A DNA stretch of 64,000 nt from Octopus vulgaris (GCA_951406725.2 CATOCA020000001.1:9982001-10046000); one strand, 5' to 3'. Positions 38,312-52,190 are shown, numbered from the stretch's first letter. A program made the numbers and translations. The notes: generated from the letters alone by a model not told the origin.

Positions 38312-38700
38312 GGAATGGAAGCACTCCGTCGGTTACGACGACGAGGGTTCCGGTTGATCCGAATCAACGGAACAGCTTGCTCGTGAAATTAACGTGTAAG
38401 TGGCTGAGCACTCCACAGACACGTGTACCCTTAACGTAGTTCTCGGGGATATTCAGCGTAACACAGAGAATGACAAGGCCGGCCCTTTGAAATACAGGTA
38501 CAACAGAAACAGGAAGTAAGAGTGAGAGAAAGTTGTGGTGAAAGAGTACAGCAGGGATCACCACCACCCCTTGCAGGAGCCTCGTGGAGCTTTAGGTGTT
38601 TTCGCTCAATAAACACTCACAACGCCCGGTCTGGGAATCGAAACCGCGATCCAGCGACCGCGAGTCCGCTGCCCTAACCACTGGGCCATTGCGCCTCCAC
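38312..38700 (-). mobile_element. tRNA-SINE family B, full length, with RTE-like tail and 12-bp target-site duplication
   Basis: TCACAAACAGCT at 38300-38311 and 38701-38712. A box TGGCCCAGTGG, B box GGTTTCGATTCC. Confidence 0.92.
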
Positions 38701-39129
38701 TCACAAACAGCTACATTCCAATCAAAGCACCGGACGTAGATTCGTCTTCTACACGTTCATGTCTACTTTCACTCCATCAATGTTACATTAACACGAGACT
38801 GCGCATGCCTCAATGTCTTCATTGAAGTAGTTTCTTAGTTATATTCTCTACATGATATTCAGGCCCATTAGGCCGCAGTCTCTCTCGGGATCCAACATAT
38901 TCCAACACCCGGGGATAGAAGACACCCCACTAAAAGAGATGCCAGTCTGTTGCAAGTTTAACCCTTGGTTGTTGCTGGTATTTCTTCTCAGATGACTGCA
39001 CTGGAAGTGTTTAAGGACACTTTAAGAAGCATGTGGAGAAATATAGTCCAATAGGGGATGCTAGAAATAACAGCCAAGTATGTTAAAGTTTGGTTTTGTG
39101 TTTCATATGAAAATGAAGGACACTTCGAA

Positions 39130-40012
39130 ACTCTTCTCTCTCCTTCCTCATTCTGTATTAATACTTCTTCCTTCCCCTCTTCCTTTCTCTAATACATGAT
39201 AGACTCCCTCTCTTATCACACACATCATTCCCTCTCCTTCTCTACTCCTCTCCCTCCCCCTCTGTCACTTACTTATGTTATTGTTTAACCCCGCCTCCCT
39301 CATCCCTCGTTTTCTCTCAACTCTTACTCTCCCTCCCTCACAAAGCCTATATCTCATACATCATCTCTATTTCCTTCCCCCTCTCTCACATTTTGTCTCT
39401 CTCCCTCCCTCTTTACCACCTCATATCTCATACTCTCCCTCTACCTCTTTTGCGCTCCGCCCCACCTCGCACTCTCCCTCTCTTTCTAAACCTATGTATC
39501 ATTCTCTCTCTCCCTCCACCTCCTTATATAATATTCTCTCATTCTCTTACCTCATTCTTTCCCTCCCTTTCTCCTCCCTTTCCCTCTCCCTCTCTTTCTC
39601 TATGTCTGTCTTTCTCTCTCTTTGCTCTCTCGATTTCTCTATTTCAGTCTCTCTCTTTCTCCCTCTCGCTTCTTATGTCTCTCTCTCTGTCTCTGTGTCT
39701 CTGTTTGCCTGTCTCTCTCTTTCTCCCTCTCTCTCCCTCTCCCTCTCTCTATTACCTTATTATATATTAATGCTCCGCCTTTTTACTCTTTCTCTCTCAT
39801 CTCATACTCCACCTCTCTTCTTAACATTTATTTCTCTAATCCCTCCTCCTTCCTCCCCCTCTCTCTCTCTCCCTCTCTCTCTTTCTTCTCATCATTTTTA
39901 CAGAATTACGTCGCCTTCCTCTCTATCTCTCTCTCTCATTCTTTCTTTCTTTCATTTTCCTTTCTTTCCTCCTTTCTTTTTTTCTTTCCTTTTCCATTCT
40001 TTCTTTCTTTTT

Positions 40013-40056
<44 letters not shown>

Positions 40057-40210
40057 TCATTCTTCTTTATTTGTTTGTTTCTTTCTTTCTTTCTTCCTTC
40101 ATTTCCCTCATTTTTTCTTTCTTTCTTTCTTTTTTTAATTTTCTTATTTGTTTCTTTGTTTGTTTGTTTCTTTCTTTCTTCCTTCCTTTCCCTCATTTCT
40201 TTCTTTCTTG
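39130..40210. repeat. About 1.1-kb CT-rich polypyrimidine / (CTTT)n low-complexity tract
   Basis: Almost purine-free plus strand. Similar tract at 42175-42470. Confidence 0.9.
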
Positions 40211-40776
40211 AAGGAGACTTTAAGAAGCATCCGGAGGAATAATATACAATTGGTGGGCCTAGGTGATGCTAGAAATAACAGCCAAGTATATCAAAGTTTT
40301 GTGTTGTCACTCATATAAAAATTAAGCGTACTTAGAAAATCCTCTCTCTCCCACCTCAGCATATATTAATATACCCCCCCCCCAAATCTAAGCCGAATAC
40401 CCCTAACCTCTAAGCCACTTCACTCCAGCGACCATGCAAACTGTGTGATGATTGCATGCAGAGTGAAAGGAAAAGTAAAGAATTGGAAATGTGAAAAAGC
40501 GAAATAAAAAACGAATCAGTGACGTGGAGTCGCAATCTGTACTAATTCCATTGATCAATGTTCGATATTTATCGATAATGTGTTATAAACACTATTTTAT
40601 ATTATTCTCACTCTTTTTAATAATAGGCATCATTCGCCGTCGCTCCGCCCCTTTCTCTCCCTCCACACACCGCACGATGCTCTCTAAAGCGGTGTTCCAT
40701 CCAGATGTCCTCATATCCGATTCTCTCATCAATAGGCGAACCGTTGTTCCGTCCGTCTCTTTGCCATTGTCGGCCG

Positions 40777-40835
<59 letters not shown>

Positions 40836-40896
40836 CGTGTGTGTGTGTTTGTGTCTGTGTGTGTCCATATATTTTGGCTGGTGCGTAATCGTTGTA

Positions 40897-41110
40897 CTCT
40901 TTACTCTTTTACTCTTTTACTTGTTTCAGTCATTTGACTGCGGCCATGCTGGAGCACCGCCTTTAATCGAGCAACTCGACCCCGGGACTTATTCTTTTGT
41001 AAGCCCAGTACTTATTCTATCGGTCTCTTTTGCAGAACTGCTAAGTAACGGGGACGTAAACACACCAGCATCGGTTGTCAAGCAATGCTAGGGGGACAAA
41101 CACAGATACA

Positions 41111-41152
<42 letters not shown>

Positions 41153-41245
41153 CATATATACGACGGGCTTCTTTCAGTTTCCGTCTACCAAATCCACTCA
41201 CAAGGCATTTGTCGGCCCGGGGCTATAGCAGAAGACACTTGCCCA
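40897..41245 (-). mobile_element. tRNA-SINE family A, head missing
   Basis: Core and tail match the other copies. Confidence 0.88.
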
Positions 41246-41499
41246 ACAAATTTTATTCAACAAAATCAATAACGTGTGACAAAAACATCTTCAAATGATT
41301 ATTCCGGAGCATATTCACCATCTACTTCAATAACTGTTTCCCATTTGCTTGATAGACGGTCATGTAAAGATGTTTTTGATAAATATTTTTATTGCTTTTG
41401 TTGAATAATATTTCTTGAAATAAGCCGCAATAATTATGCACCAACCCAATATTTTACCTAACCCTAGGATGGTGTCATATCTTGAATTGAGCGTGACAT

Positions 41500-42135
41500 G
41501 GATTAAAGTGATAGAAGGTTGCACAATAGCATCTGACTCACTCTCTCGTCCCTTCCTATGTAATTCCAGTGGGAGGATGAAGTCAAGAAAACTACAGACA
41601 GGTTGCAGTTCACCCTCCACAAAGCTTGCGGGTCCGTTGAGCCTGTCTAGTGGTTTCCTCAGCACACTCAACTGGTTCACATCCTTAGATAGACAAACCC
41701 TAGCCCACCAATGGTTAAAGGCCGTGTGCTACCCTTACCAAGGTTTAGCCAGCCTGTGGAAGCCGTGAGCCTGGGTGTGGATACTGATGCATGCAGACAG
41801 CATTGATGACTCACAGGTGACAGGTGGGTGTCACAGGAGGAACAAAGCGGACGGACTACTCCAAAGGTCACTGCATCTGCCCTTGAAAGAGGTACTAATT
41901 GACCCAGATATACCTTGCAACCTAGAAAAGGATTACAAGGGCAAAGAAAGCTTCAATTATGCGGGTCCAGAGTCGGCTTCTTTCCTTCAGACCCAGCAGA
42001 CAACCATTGCCCGACCTGTGGCAAAGACTTCCCAGCACGTATCGGACTGGACGACCACTGCCGGACACACCGTTACCCATCTCCTTCTCCCATGTAATGT
42101 ATTTGGTCATCGTCGACAACGACGGAAGAACTAAT
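41500..42135 (+). mobile_element. Internally deleted RTE derivative, ending in the RTE C-terminal zinc finger and tail
   Basis: CPTCGKDFPARIGLDDHCRTHR followed by GGTCATCGTCGACAACGACGGAAGAAC. 5' boundary uncertain. Confidence 0.65.
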
Positions 42136-42927
42136 ACCTGCCTCTGACTTGCTATTCTCATACGATGAAAAAAGACTCTCTCTCTCTCCTACCTGTCTCT
42201 GTCACTCTATTTTCTCTCTCTCACTGTATATATCTCTGTCTGTGTCTCTGGCACCGTTGTGTCACCCGTCTCTCTCTTCTTGCTTGTTTGTCTCTCTCTC
42301 TCTCTCTCTCTCACTCCCACTCTCTCTCTCTTTCTTTCTCCTCTTTCTTTCTCTACCCCTATCTGCCTCCCTCTCTCCCCTTCTCTCATTCTCCCACTCT
42401 CTATTTGTCTCCCACTCCCATTCTATCTCTGTATTTCTCTCTCACTCTCTTTCTTTCTCCTCTTTCTCTTGCTCGATTGAACGGATGGCCGCCTAACTGA
42501 TTGATTTTTTTTTCGCATGATCGGACGGCGACGGTAAGCGGATCGATTTCGAATCACCGTTTGAGCAATTCCACTGAAACACGGACACACTCGCCAAATT
42601 GGCGGGATGTTTATATTGTGGCCCACGAAAGAGACGGTTATCTGCGTCAGAGAAGGGGAAGCGAATGAACGGTTTGAGTTACACTTGAACATACACACGC
42701 AAGAAGCGACCTTTGCCACTTCGTTTTATTGTCACTGAAAGACGGAAAGAAAAATTTGACCCAAACGAGAGAATTTAATTAACAACATTAAGGGAGGTAA
42801 TATGTCTTATTCTACAAGAGTTATTGCCCTTGAACTGTTAAATTATAGTTTCATCTTAAGGGTGATGACAACCAGTAGAGCAGCTGTGAAGGCTCCGTAT
42901 GTATGTGTGTGCATATATATATACATA

Positions 42928-43337
42928 GACGTAGGAGTGGCTGTGTGGTAAGTAGCTTGCTAACCAACCACATGGTTCTGGGTTCAGTCCTACTGCGTGG
43001 CATCTTGGGCAAGTGTCTTCTGCTATAGTCTCAGGCCAACCAATGCCTTGTGAGTGGATTTGGTAGACGGAAACTGAAAGAAGCCTGTCGTATATATGTA
43101 TACATATATGTGTATATGTTTGTGTGCCTGAGTTTGTCCTTCTAGCATTGCTTGACAACCTATGCTGGTGTGTTTACGTCCCCGTCACTTAGCGGTTCGG
43201 CAAAAGAGACTGATAGAATAAGTACTAGGCTTACAAAGAATAAGTCCCGGAGTCGATTTGCTCGACTAAAGGCGGTGCTCCAGCATGGCCGCAGTCAAAC
43301 GACTGAAACAAGTAAAAGAATAAGAAAAGAAAGAAAG
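42928..43337 (+). mobile_element. tRNA-SINE family A, full length
   Basis: Head, core and tail present. Confidence 0.9.
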
Positions 43338-43497
43338 AAATACACACACACATATATATATATAGATACACATGTATATATATATATATATATTCAATAA
43401 ATGTATACTATAAACATATGCATACATATATACATACATATATAAACACAGACACACAAATATATTCATATATATATACAGACGTGAGAGAGAGAGA

Positions 43498-43586
<89 letters not shown>

Positions 43587-44087
43587 TGAGAGATTGAACA
43601 GATCTCAAGAGATTCTCAATGTAGAAAACACTTAGCAGCTACCAAACAGATTCAACTTCGACTCGGAAAGCTTTACCGACGACCAAGTCCCCGACATGAA
43701 GAGTGGCTGCAACAGAAATCCATGGATACACGGAGATAAAGACAAAGCAGAGAGTGGAACATTCTCAGTCTTTGCTTCCTTTCTGCTAACATCTATCCAT
43801 TGATATTTATTTTATATATCAACCCCAAGAAGTTTCACATGTTTATTTGCCTCATTCTCTCACTCTTTGTCTCTCTTTCTCTCTTTGTATCTGTGTTTGT
43901 CTCCATTATGTAGCAGTTCGGCAAAAGACATCCGATAGAATAAGACGTAGGCTAAAGAAAAATTGCCGGAGTAATTTATTTTGGGTTAAATCTTTACAAA
44001 TTGTTGCTCCAGCATGATTGCAGTTTAATAACTGACTCAGGAAAAACAAAAGATATGCACACATACATACATACATACATACATACA

Positions 44088-44118
<31 letters not shown>

Positions 44119-44167
44119 GTATGTGTGTATGTATGTATATATGTGTGTGTGCGTGCCTCTATGTGTA

Positions 44168-44200
<33 letters not shown>

Positions 44201-44203
44201 ATA

Positions 44204-44237
<34 letters not shown>

Positions 44238-44298
44238 CATACATATATATATACACATAGAGGCACGCACACACACATATATACATACATACACACAC

Positions 44299-44329
<31 letters not shown>

Positions 44330-44371
44330 TGTATGTATGTATGTAGGTATGTATGTATGCATACATACATA

Positions 44372-44405
<34 letters not shown>

Positions 44406-44429
44406 CATATATACATATATATATATATA

Positions 44430-44733
44430 ACACCCTCACCGTCACCGTGATCAACCAGGCTGTCAGATGCTGCTACACATCGCTGGTCACAATGTGTTTC
44501 GTATTGTTTTAGCCTTCAAATGACGCAACCTCGCTGGCTAAGCGAGTAGGCCAACAGAAGAAAGACTGAGAGAAAAATTGTGGCGAAAGAGTACAGCAGG
44601 GATCACCACCACCCTCAGCCGGAGCCTCGTGGAGCTTTAGGTGTTTTAGCTCAAGAATCACTCACAACGCTTGGCCTGGGAAACGAAACCGCGATTCTAC
44701 AACCGTGAGTCCGTTGCACTAACCACTGGGCCA
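44430..44733 (-). mobile_element. tRNA-SINE family B, alternative-tail variant
   Basis: Head and core match 38520-38700. Tail matches 51775-51900. Confidence 0.8.
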
Positions 44734-44735
44734 TA

Positions 44736-44878
<143 letters not shown>

Positions 44879-44986
44879 GAAATTATTGCTGCGGCGCTGA
44901 AAAGCAACAATTTTTCGAGAACCACCGCCCAGATAGAGCGAAAGAAGAGAGAAGTTATCCGTTCGTACGCTCTAATCAGGCAACAT

Positions 44987-45697
44987 GTGGACACCCTGGA
45001 CATCATCCTGGGAGGTGACGGCAGCAGGGAGGGCCAAAAGGATGAGGAAAGCATCCAGAGCCAAATGGAGAAGCCTGGAACACAGGGAAACGATGACACA
45101 TGTCCAGCTTCCAACACCACAACTGAAGACCAAAGAGGTGCGATGGCCGCAAGAAAGGAAAGGCACCCTGGAATTGATGGGAAGCAGGAGGTAAAGGGTG
45201 ACAGAATCAAGGCTAAAGGAAGCCCTGTCCAGAGAAAGCAGAGGGACCCCAGCAAAAACTGTAAGGGCAGGGAAAGAAACACCTGCAAATTCTACCTGAG
45301 GGGGGACTGCTGGTACGGCGTTGAAGGTGCAAACTGTCGCTTTGCACATCGGAGGCCCTACCAAAACCGCACGGACGCGAGACAGAGGTCCCTCCCTCAG
45401 GGAGAACAAAAACAAAAAGTTAAAAGAAGGGAAAAAAGCGCACTGACCACTACTGAAAGACGGTATGCAGATGTGGTGCGCGGAAACCCAACAGGTGGCC
45501 AGCTTCACCCAGATGTGAGAAGGGCGGCAGCTGAACAGCAGTCTTTTTTGTGCATGGCACAAAAAATTGTTCAGCAGCTGACCTGGCTACAAGCACAAAG
45601 CTGGAACTACCACCACATAAGGCCACCTCCAACAGATGCAGGATGGCCACCACAGACACCAACACCAACACACACACCACAAAAATATTTCTACTGA
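44987..45697 (+). CDS. LINE ORF1 with CCCH zinc finger (start uncertain)
   Basis: [28 protein letters not shown], Pro/Gln-rich C-terminus. Overlaps the ORF2 start. Confidence 0.75.
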   Translation: MDTLDIILGGDGSREGQKDEESIQSQMEKPGTQGNDDTCPASNTTTEDQRGAMAARKERHPGIDGKQEVKGDRIKAKGSPVQRKQRDPSKNCKGRERNTCKFYLRGDCWYGVEGANCRFAHRRPYQNRTDARQRSLPQGEQKQKVKRREKSALTTTERRYADVVRGNPTGGQLHPDVRRAAAEQQSFLCMAQKIVQQLTWLQAQSWNYHHIRPPPTDAGWPPQTPTPTHTPQKYFY

Positions 45698-48652
45698 ATG
45701 TAGGAGGGCTGCTGCGCGGAAACTGTAAAAAGAAAATTTCATTCCTGAGAGACCTTGTGACATGCAATCAAGCTATATGCATGGCACTCACAGAAACGCA
45801 TCTTGAACCCGATATAGGTGATGCAGAAATACACATGCCGCAATATGCAGTCATACGCACAGATAGAAAAGGGAGGAGCCATGGTGGAGTTGCAATGTAC
45901 ATCCGAGATGACCTCACGCCCCAGGTCCTGCTGTCATATTCAAACTCAGTATGTGAAACTCAAATTGTACACATAAGACAACTGAATATCGTCATATGCA
46001 CTACATATCGCCCACCAGACGCCCCAAAACACTCAGGCATGTTTGAAGACTGCCTAACAAAAATAGGAGAAGTCCTCACCAACCTTGAACAGCACAACAG
46101 TGTATTCTTCATGGGTGACTTTAACCTCCCCAATGTGGAATGGCCTGGGGGCAGATGCTCCCAGGGATGACACACCATCAGCAGGCACAGGTGGAGTCCC
46201 TGCTCCATCTCACAAATACCTCTTTCATGGAGCAAATAGTTCTGCAACCAACAAGGGCAGATAATATACTGGATCTCTGCTTTACAAACAATATGGATAT
46301 TATCCATAATGTTAATGTGATGCCGACAATGATCTCGGATCACAACATAATAGAGCTGTCTACGTATGGAACAAAAGCCCCTGCAGACACACAGCCTATA
46401 CGAAGCACCCACCATCTCTCCAACTTAAACTTTCATAAAGCCAACTGGAAGTCGATTGAGAAAGAGATCCTCAAACAGGATTGGCCTGAATGTCTCTCCA
46501 CACCGGACATAAACATGAAACACAAACACTTCATGTCCATAATACAAGCCATATGTGACAAATATGTCCCAATGTGCAGGGCCAGCACACACAAGAATAA
46601 AAACAGGATCTCTAGAGAAAGGAGGATTCTTATGAGACGACGGACAAGGATTGCAAACCGCCTGAGCAAGCACACCAAAAGTGGTGAGAAGTCTCGGCTC
46701 GAAAGAATGCTAATGGAAACTGAGAAAAGTCTACATCAGTCCCATGAAAAGGAGAGAGCAGATAAAGAAGCTTGGGTAATAGAAAATATAAAATCAAACC
46801 CTAAAGCTTTCTTTAAGTTTGCCAAAGAGACAGCCACAGTGCACCAGAGAATAGGACCTCTCTTCCAAAAAGATGGCTCTCTCACAGGAAATCCCACGAG
46901 GATAAGTGAAATACTGAACGAACAGTTCCAAAGTGTATTCACTACACCTCTAGGACACAGGCAAGTAAACAACCCAGAAGAATTCTTTGCCACTTTACCA
47001 GCGGCCAAAGAGACAAAAATTGAGTACATCAACATCGAAGAAGATGATATCACACTAGCCATTGATGAGATTGACACAAACTCAGCTGCTGGACCTGATG
47101 GATTCCCAGCGATCCTTCTCAAATCGTGCAAACGAGCCCTTGCAAAACCGCTACAGCTTCTTTTTCAGAGCTTTCTTGCAAGTGGTAAGCTCCCAGTCAA
47201 ACTGAAAGAGGGGGTAATATGCCCTATCCATAAGGGAGGTAGCAGAGCAGATGCTAAAAATTATAGGCCTATCTCTCTGACCTCACACATCAGCAAAGTC
47301 ATGGAACGAATAGTCCGTAAGAAACTAATCATGTTCCTTGAAGAAAATGACTTACTGTCTGACACCCAGCATGGATTTCGACCAGGTAGAGGCTGCCTAA
47401 CACAGCTCCTGCAACACTATGACTGGGTGTTGAAACAGCTACTAAATGGCTCAAATGTGGATGTAATATATCTTGACTTTGCAAAAGCCTTTGATAAAGT
47501 CGACCATGGTATGATCTGTCACAAACTGCGTGGTCTCGGCATAGGCGGGAAACTTGGAGAGTGGCTGCACAACTTCCTAAAAGACAGAAAACAGGCAGTT
47601 GTGAGCAATGGAGCCACCTCCAGGGAAACGCAAATAACAAGCGGTGTCCCACAGGGCACTGTCTTGGGGCCACTGATGTTCATAGTGGCCCTTTCAGACA
47701 TGCCTTCAGTTGCTACGATGACCACCCTTGCTAGCTATGCAGATGACACAAAGGTCTCCCACGCAATACAGAACCCTGAAAATATTGCGCATCTGCAACA
47801 TGAGCTGGACACAATATACAGGTGGGCTGAGGACAACAACATGCAGTTTAATGCAGGTAAGTTCCAGGCCCTGCGCTACTGGCACACAAAGGTAAATGAC
47901 GTGAAGACTGGATACACTGGCCCAGGAAGAATTGCAATCCCTGAGTCAAAATCAGTGCGTGACCTGGGCATTGACATGAGCAATGATGCATCTTTCCAAA
48001 TGCATATTGCTAATCTGGTGATAAAATGCAGACGGCTAGCTGGATGGATTCTCCGAACTTTCAGAACAAGAGAGAAGGAGACACTGATGGTCCTATGGAA
48101 AACATTTGTCCTCAGCCGCTTGGACTACTGCTCCCAACTTTGGTCACCACACAATATAAAACAAACAGCAGAACTCGAAGCAACTCAGAGAAGCTACACA
48201 AAGAAAATCGTCTCAATGCAAAATGTCAGCTACTGGGAAAGACTGAAGGTATTAAACCTCTTCTCCCTGGAGCGGAGGCGGGAGAGATATGCAGTAATAT
48301 ACATCTGGAAAATCCTGGAGGGTCTTGTCCCAAACTTTGGCATTCAAAGTTACTCCAACCGCAGAACGGGCGCCGCTGCGTGGTGCCAAGGATTCCAACA
48401 TCACCATCAAAATACAGGTCCAGATACTGCAACAGCTTGGGTTTCAGAGGACCACAGCTTTTCAACATCCTCCCTAAATGCCTGAGAGACTTACATGGTG
48501 TGGATGTGGGTTTCTTTAAAACTAAACTGGATCTCTTCTTGTTGGGAGTCCCAGATGAACCTACCTCACGACAGGAGACACGGATGCGGGCAGCAGCATC
48601 GAACTCCCTTGTTGATCAAGTGCCACGTATCAGAGGTGGATTCACAAACTAG
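45550..48652 (+). pseudogene. LINE ORF2 (APE + RT) with two frameshifts (about 46150 and 48370)
   Basis: LNVGGL, ALTETHL, YRPPD, MGDFNLP, SDHN, NYRPISLTS, QHGFR, YLDFAKAFDKV, GVPQGTVLGP, YADDTK, SYWERLKVLNLFSLERRRERY. Confidence 0.92.
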
Positions 48653-48721
48653 TGTGGCTCATTCAGCGGTGGTGCCCCAGCATGGCCGCGGCCTTCGGCT
48701 AAAACATTTTTAAGGATTTAA

Positions 48722-48775
<54 letters not shown>

Positions 48776-48779
48776 TATT

Positions 48780-49096
48780 TTTCTCGTTTCAGTCATTTGA
48801 CTGCAGCCATGCTGGAGCATCGCTCTTTAGTCGAGCAAATCTACCCCAGGACCTATACTTTGGAAGCCTAATACTTATTCTATCGGTCTCATTTGCCGAA
48901 CACACCACCATCGGTTGTCAAGCGATCATGGGGGGACAAATACAGACAGTTTTCATCTACCAAATCCACTCACAGGGCGCTGGTCTCCCCGAGGCTATAG
49001 TAGAAGATACTTGCCCAAGGTTCCAGGGAGTGGGAATGAACACGAAACCATATGGTTGGTAAACAAAATAATTACCACACAGCCACTCCTGCGCCT
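48780..49096 (-). mobile_element. tRNA-SINE family A, internally deleted
   Basis: Head GGCGCAGGAGTGGCTGTGTGG and tail present. Confidence 0.8.
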
Positions 49097-49616
49097 ATAC
49101 ATACATATATATATACATATATATACATATATTTATATTTACATTTACATTTATATTTATATACATGCACATACATATGCATGCCCGGTTTGTATGACCA
49201 AGTGGTGCAGATGAGCTGTGATCTTTGTGGGTCCTAAAGTGTATTGAGACGTCCCTTAGATTTTCAGACCTTCTGGCATACAGAGTATTGAAATGTGTGC
49301 ACAGACATATACGCAGAATAGTTGGTGGAGGTTCGTTTTGTATGGTTTCGCAAATGAGATATGGTCCAGAAATAGAATTTTCAGAAAATATTCTCCACAC
49401 ACAAAAGAAATTGTTGAATTTCATTTTCTCGTTGATAATAACATTTTTCATTGATTTTGTTTTTAGTTTTGATTGGGTCATCCTGGCTTCTTCAAAACTT
49501 TCAATGCAATTTTGTTTGCCATTGAACTCGGTCTGAAGCAAGGGTTTCTATGGCTTTTGGATCAATTCCAACTGACATTTCATTTTATTTCCTTACAAAG
49601 TACTTAAAATACCTCT

Positions 49617-49685
<69 letters not shown>

Positions 49686-50000
49686 GTGTGTGTGTGTATG
49701 TATATGTATGTATATATGTATGTACGTATATATATATATATATATATATGTACATATATATATATACATATATATATATATAAATATATTTATATACATA
49801 CGTATATATATAAACATATATATATATGTATATATATATATATCACGTGATCACGTGTCCGACTAGACCATCAGATGTTGCTACACATTGCTGGTCACAA
49901 TGCGTTCGCATTATTTTAGCCTTCGAATGACGCCACCCCGCTGGCTAAGCGAGCAGGTCAATGTATATATATATAAATATATACATATATATATGTATGA

Positions 50001-50069
<69 letters not shown>

Positions 50070-50080
50070 AATGTATATAT

Positions 50081-50514
50081 ATATTGTTATATTTCGGAAT
50101 GGTCATATTGCCAGTTTAGCCAATAAAAACACACGCACTATATATTTGGTGTTATTTTGCTTCAGTGATATTTATTTTTTACATTAATCTTAATCTTATT
50201 TCGGACAAAGTTCTTTCGTCACACTCCTGTGACCGCATCAGTGGTCCTTTGTTTTCTTCTCACTTATTTGTGTCTCTCCTTACTAGCCGTCAGCCATTTT
50301 GTAAGACGGTTAGTAAGGAGAGACACAAATAAGTGAGAAGAAAACAAAGGACCACTGATGCGGTCACAGGAGTGTGACGAAAGAACTTTGTCCGAAATAA
50401 GATTAAGATTAATGTAAAAAATAAATATCACTGAAGCAAAATAACACCAAATATATAGTGCGTGTGTTTTTATTGGCTAAACTGGCAATATGACATTCCG
50501 AAATATAACAATAT
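50081..50514. repeat. Near-perfect inverted repeat (arms about 210 bp, 13-nt spacer) containing a hammerhead-like motif
   Basis: Arms 50081-50291 and 50305-50514. I saw only one mismatch and one 1-nt indel. Confidence 0.95.
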
Positions 50515-50568
50515 CTGTTTCAACACACGACTTCACATAAGAATTCTTGCACAACAAATATTTAAATG

Positions 50569-50666
<98 letters not shown>

Positions 50667-50954
50667 TATATACATACACACACACACACACTTATATATA
50701 TATATATATATATATATATGGCGCCCTTTGAAGCTGTTATCGAACAGAATATCCTTGATTATGGCCGGTCAACATTTCCTTTAGATACACGTAAAGTATT
50801 TCACTCGACTATATTGACAGTATAAGCAATGAACAGTCCGAAGTCACATAATGCCTTTAGTAATGCAGCTAAAAATACAATCTTGGTCATTTTGGTGGTC
50901 AAAAATACGCTGAAACAAGCAAAGAATTAAAAAATTTGAAACGATAAAAGTTCT

Positions 50955-51110
50955 TATTTACATTATTTACATTTGACGGATATTCGTCCTCATCTTGTTT
51001 GTTGTTTACACAATGCTTCGGCTGATATACCCTCCAGCTTTCATCAGGTGTCGTGGGGAAATTTCGAACCTGGGTTCTCATTTCTAAGGTATTTTTCGAT
51101 GTAATTATTA
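50955..51110 (-). mobile_element. 3' part of a hammerhead-tailed short element (same family as 56579-56839)
   Basis: ACAC CTGATGA AAGCTGG..TCAGCC GAAG CATT GTGT at 51008-51051, core partly mutated. Confidence 0.6.
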
Positions 51111-51521
51111 TGAGAGAAGAAAGGTTTGGGGAGAGAGTGAGAGAAGAGAAGAAAATGACAAGCTCTCTCTTTAAATCTATTCTGTTCTTGTGACGTCATA
51201 ATCTCTCTGCCTGACATCGTCCGACACCTTAACATTCAATCGAATTATCTGTATATACACAGGCACACACATGCATACTTACACACATATTCTTAGAAAC
51301 GTGTATATAGTGATATATGTATGGACACACACACAGACACGTAGACAAGCGTTACAGGTATAGACGTGGCTGTGTGGTCAGCAGTTCGTTTCTGAACAAC
51401 AGGATTTCGGGTTCAATTCCACTGCATGGCACCTAGAGCAAACGTTCTCTGCTATAAACAAGACGGACAGTGAAAACAGCTTATGGCACACACACACACA
51501 CTTATGTGTATATATATGTAT

Positions 51522-51555
<34 letters not shown>

Positions 51556-51565
51556 TTATATATAC

Positions 51566-51597
<32 letters not shown>

Positions 51598-51602
51598 TCG
51601 TG

Positions 51603-51896
51603 TGTGGAGGCGCAGTGGTTAGGGCAGCGGACTCGCGGTCGGAGGAACGCGGCTTCGATTCCCAGACCGGGCGTTGTGTGTGTTTATTGAGCGAAAACAC
51701 CTAAAAGCTCCACGAGTCTCCGACAGGGGGTGGTGATTCCTGCTGTGCCCTTTCACCACTCTTTCTCTCACTCTTTCTTCTGTTGGCCTGCTCGCTGAGC
51801 CAGCGGGGTGGCGTCGTTCGAAGGCTAAAACAATACAAACGCACTGTGACCAGCGATGTGTAGCAACATCTGATGGTCGGTCACGGTGATCACAGT

Positions 51897-51900
<4 letters not shown>
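51603..51900 (+). mobile_element. tRNA-SINE family B, alternative-tail variant
   Basis: GTGGAGGCGCAGTGGTTAGGGCAGCGGACTCGCGGTC head. Tail ends GGTCACGGTGATCACAGTGATA. Tail-only piece at 49843-49960 (-). Confidence 0.85.
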
Positions 51901-51940
<40 letters not shown>

Positions 51941-51988
51941 TATAAATATATGTATACATATATACATACAGATATATAACTTTATATA

Positions 51989-52046
<58 letters not shown>

Positions 52047-52190
52047 CATACATATATATATCTATATATATATAGAAAGAGAGATACATACATATTAAAG
52101 GGAAATAAATGAAAACCAAAACAGGGCGAGTATATCGGGTCATTTAGAATATTTAATTAGAGTGGAATGAAAAATGGAGAAGTAGAAGTA

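Noticed and set aside
39275-40242. 287-aa and 206-aa Leu/Ser/Phe-rich ORFs resembling membrane proteins
   Set aside because: They come from a CT-rich low-complexity tract and are not the missing 7TM region.
49180-49541. Minus-strand 148-aa ORF and a broken C2H2-like motif (SVCQKV..HFRTH)
   Set aside because: The motif needs a stop and a frameshift. Likely an old TE scrap with no supportable identity.
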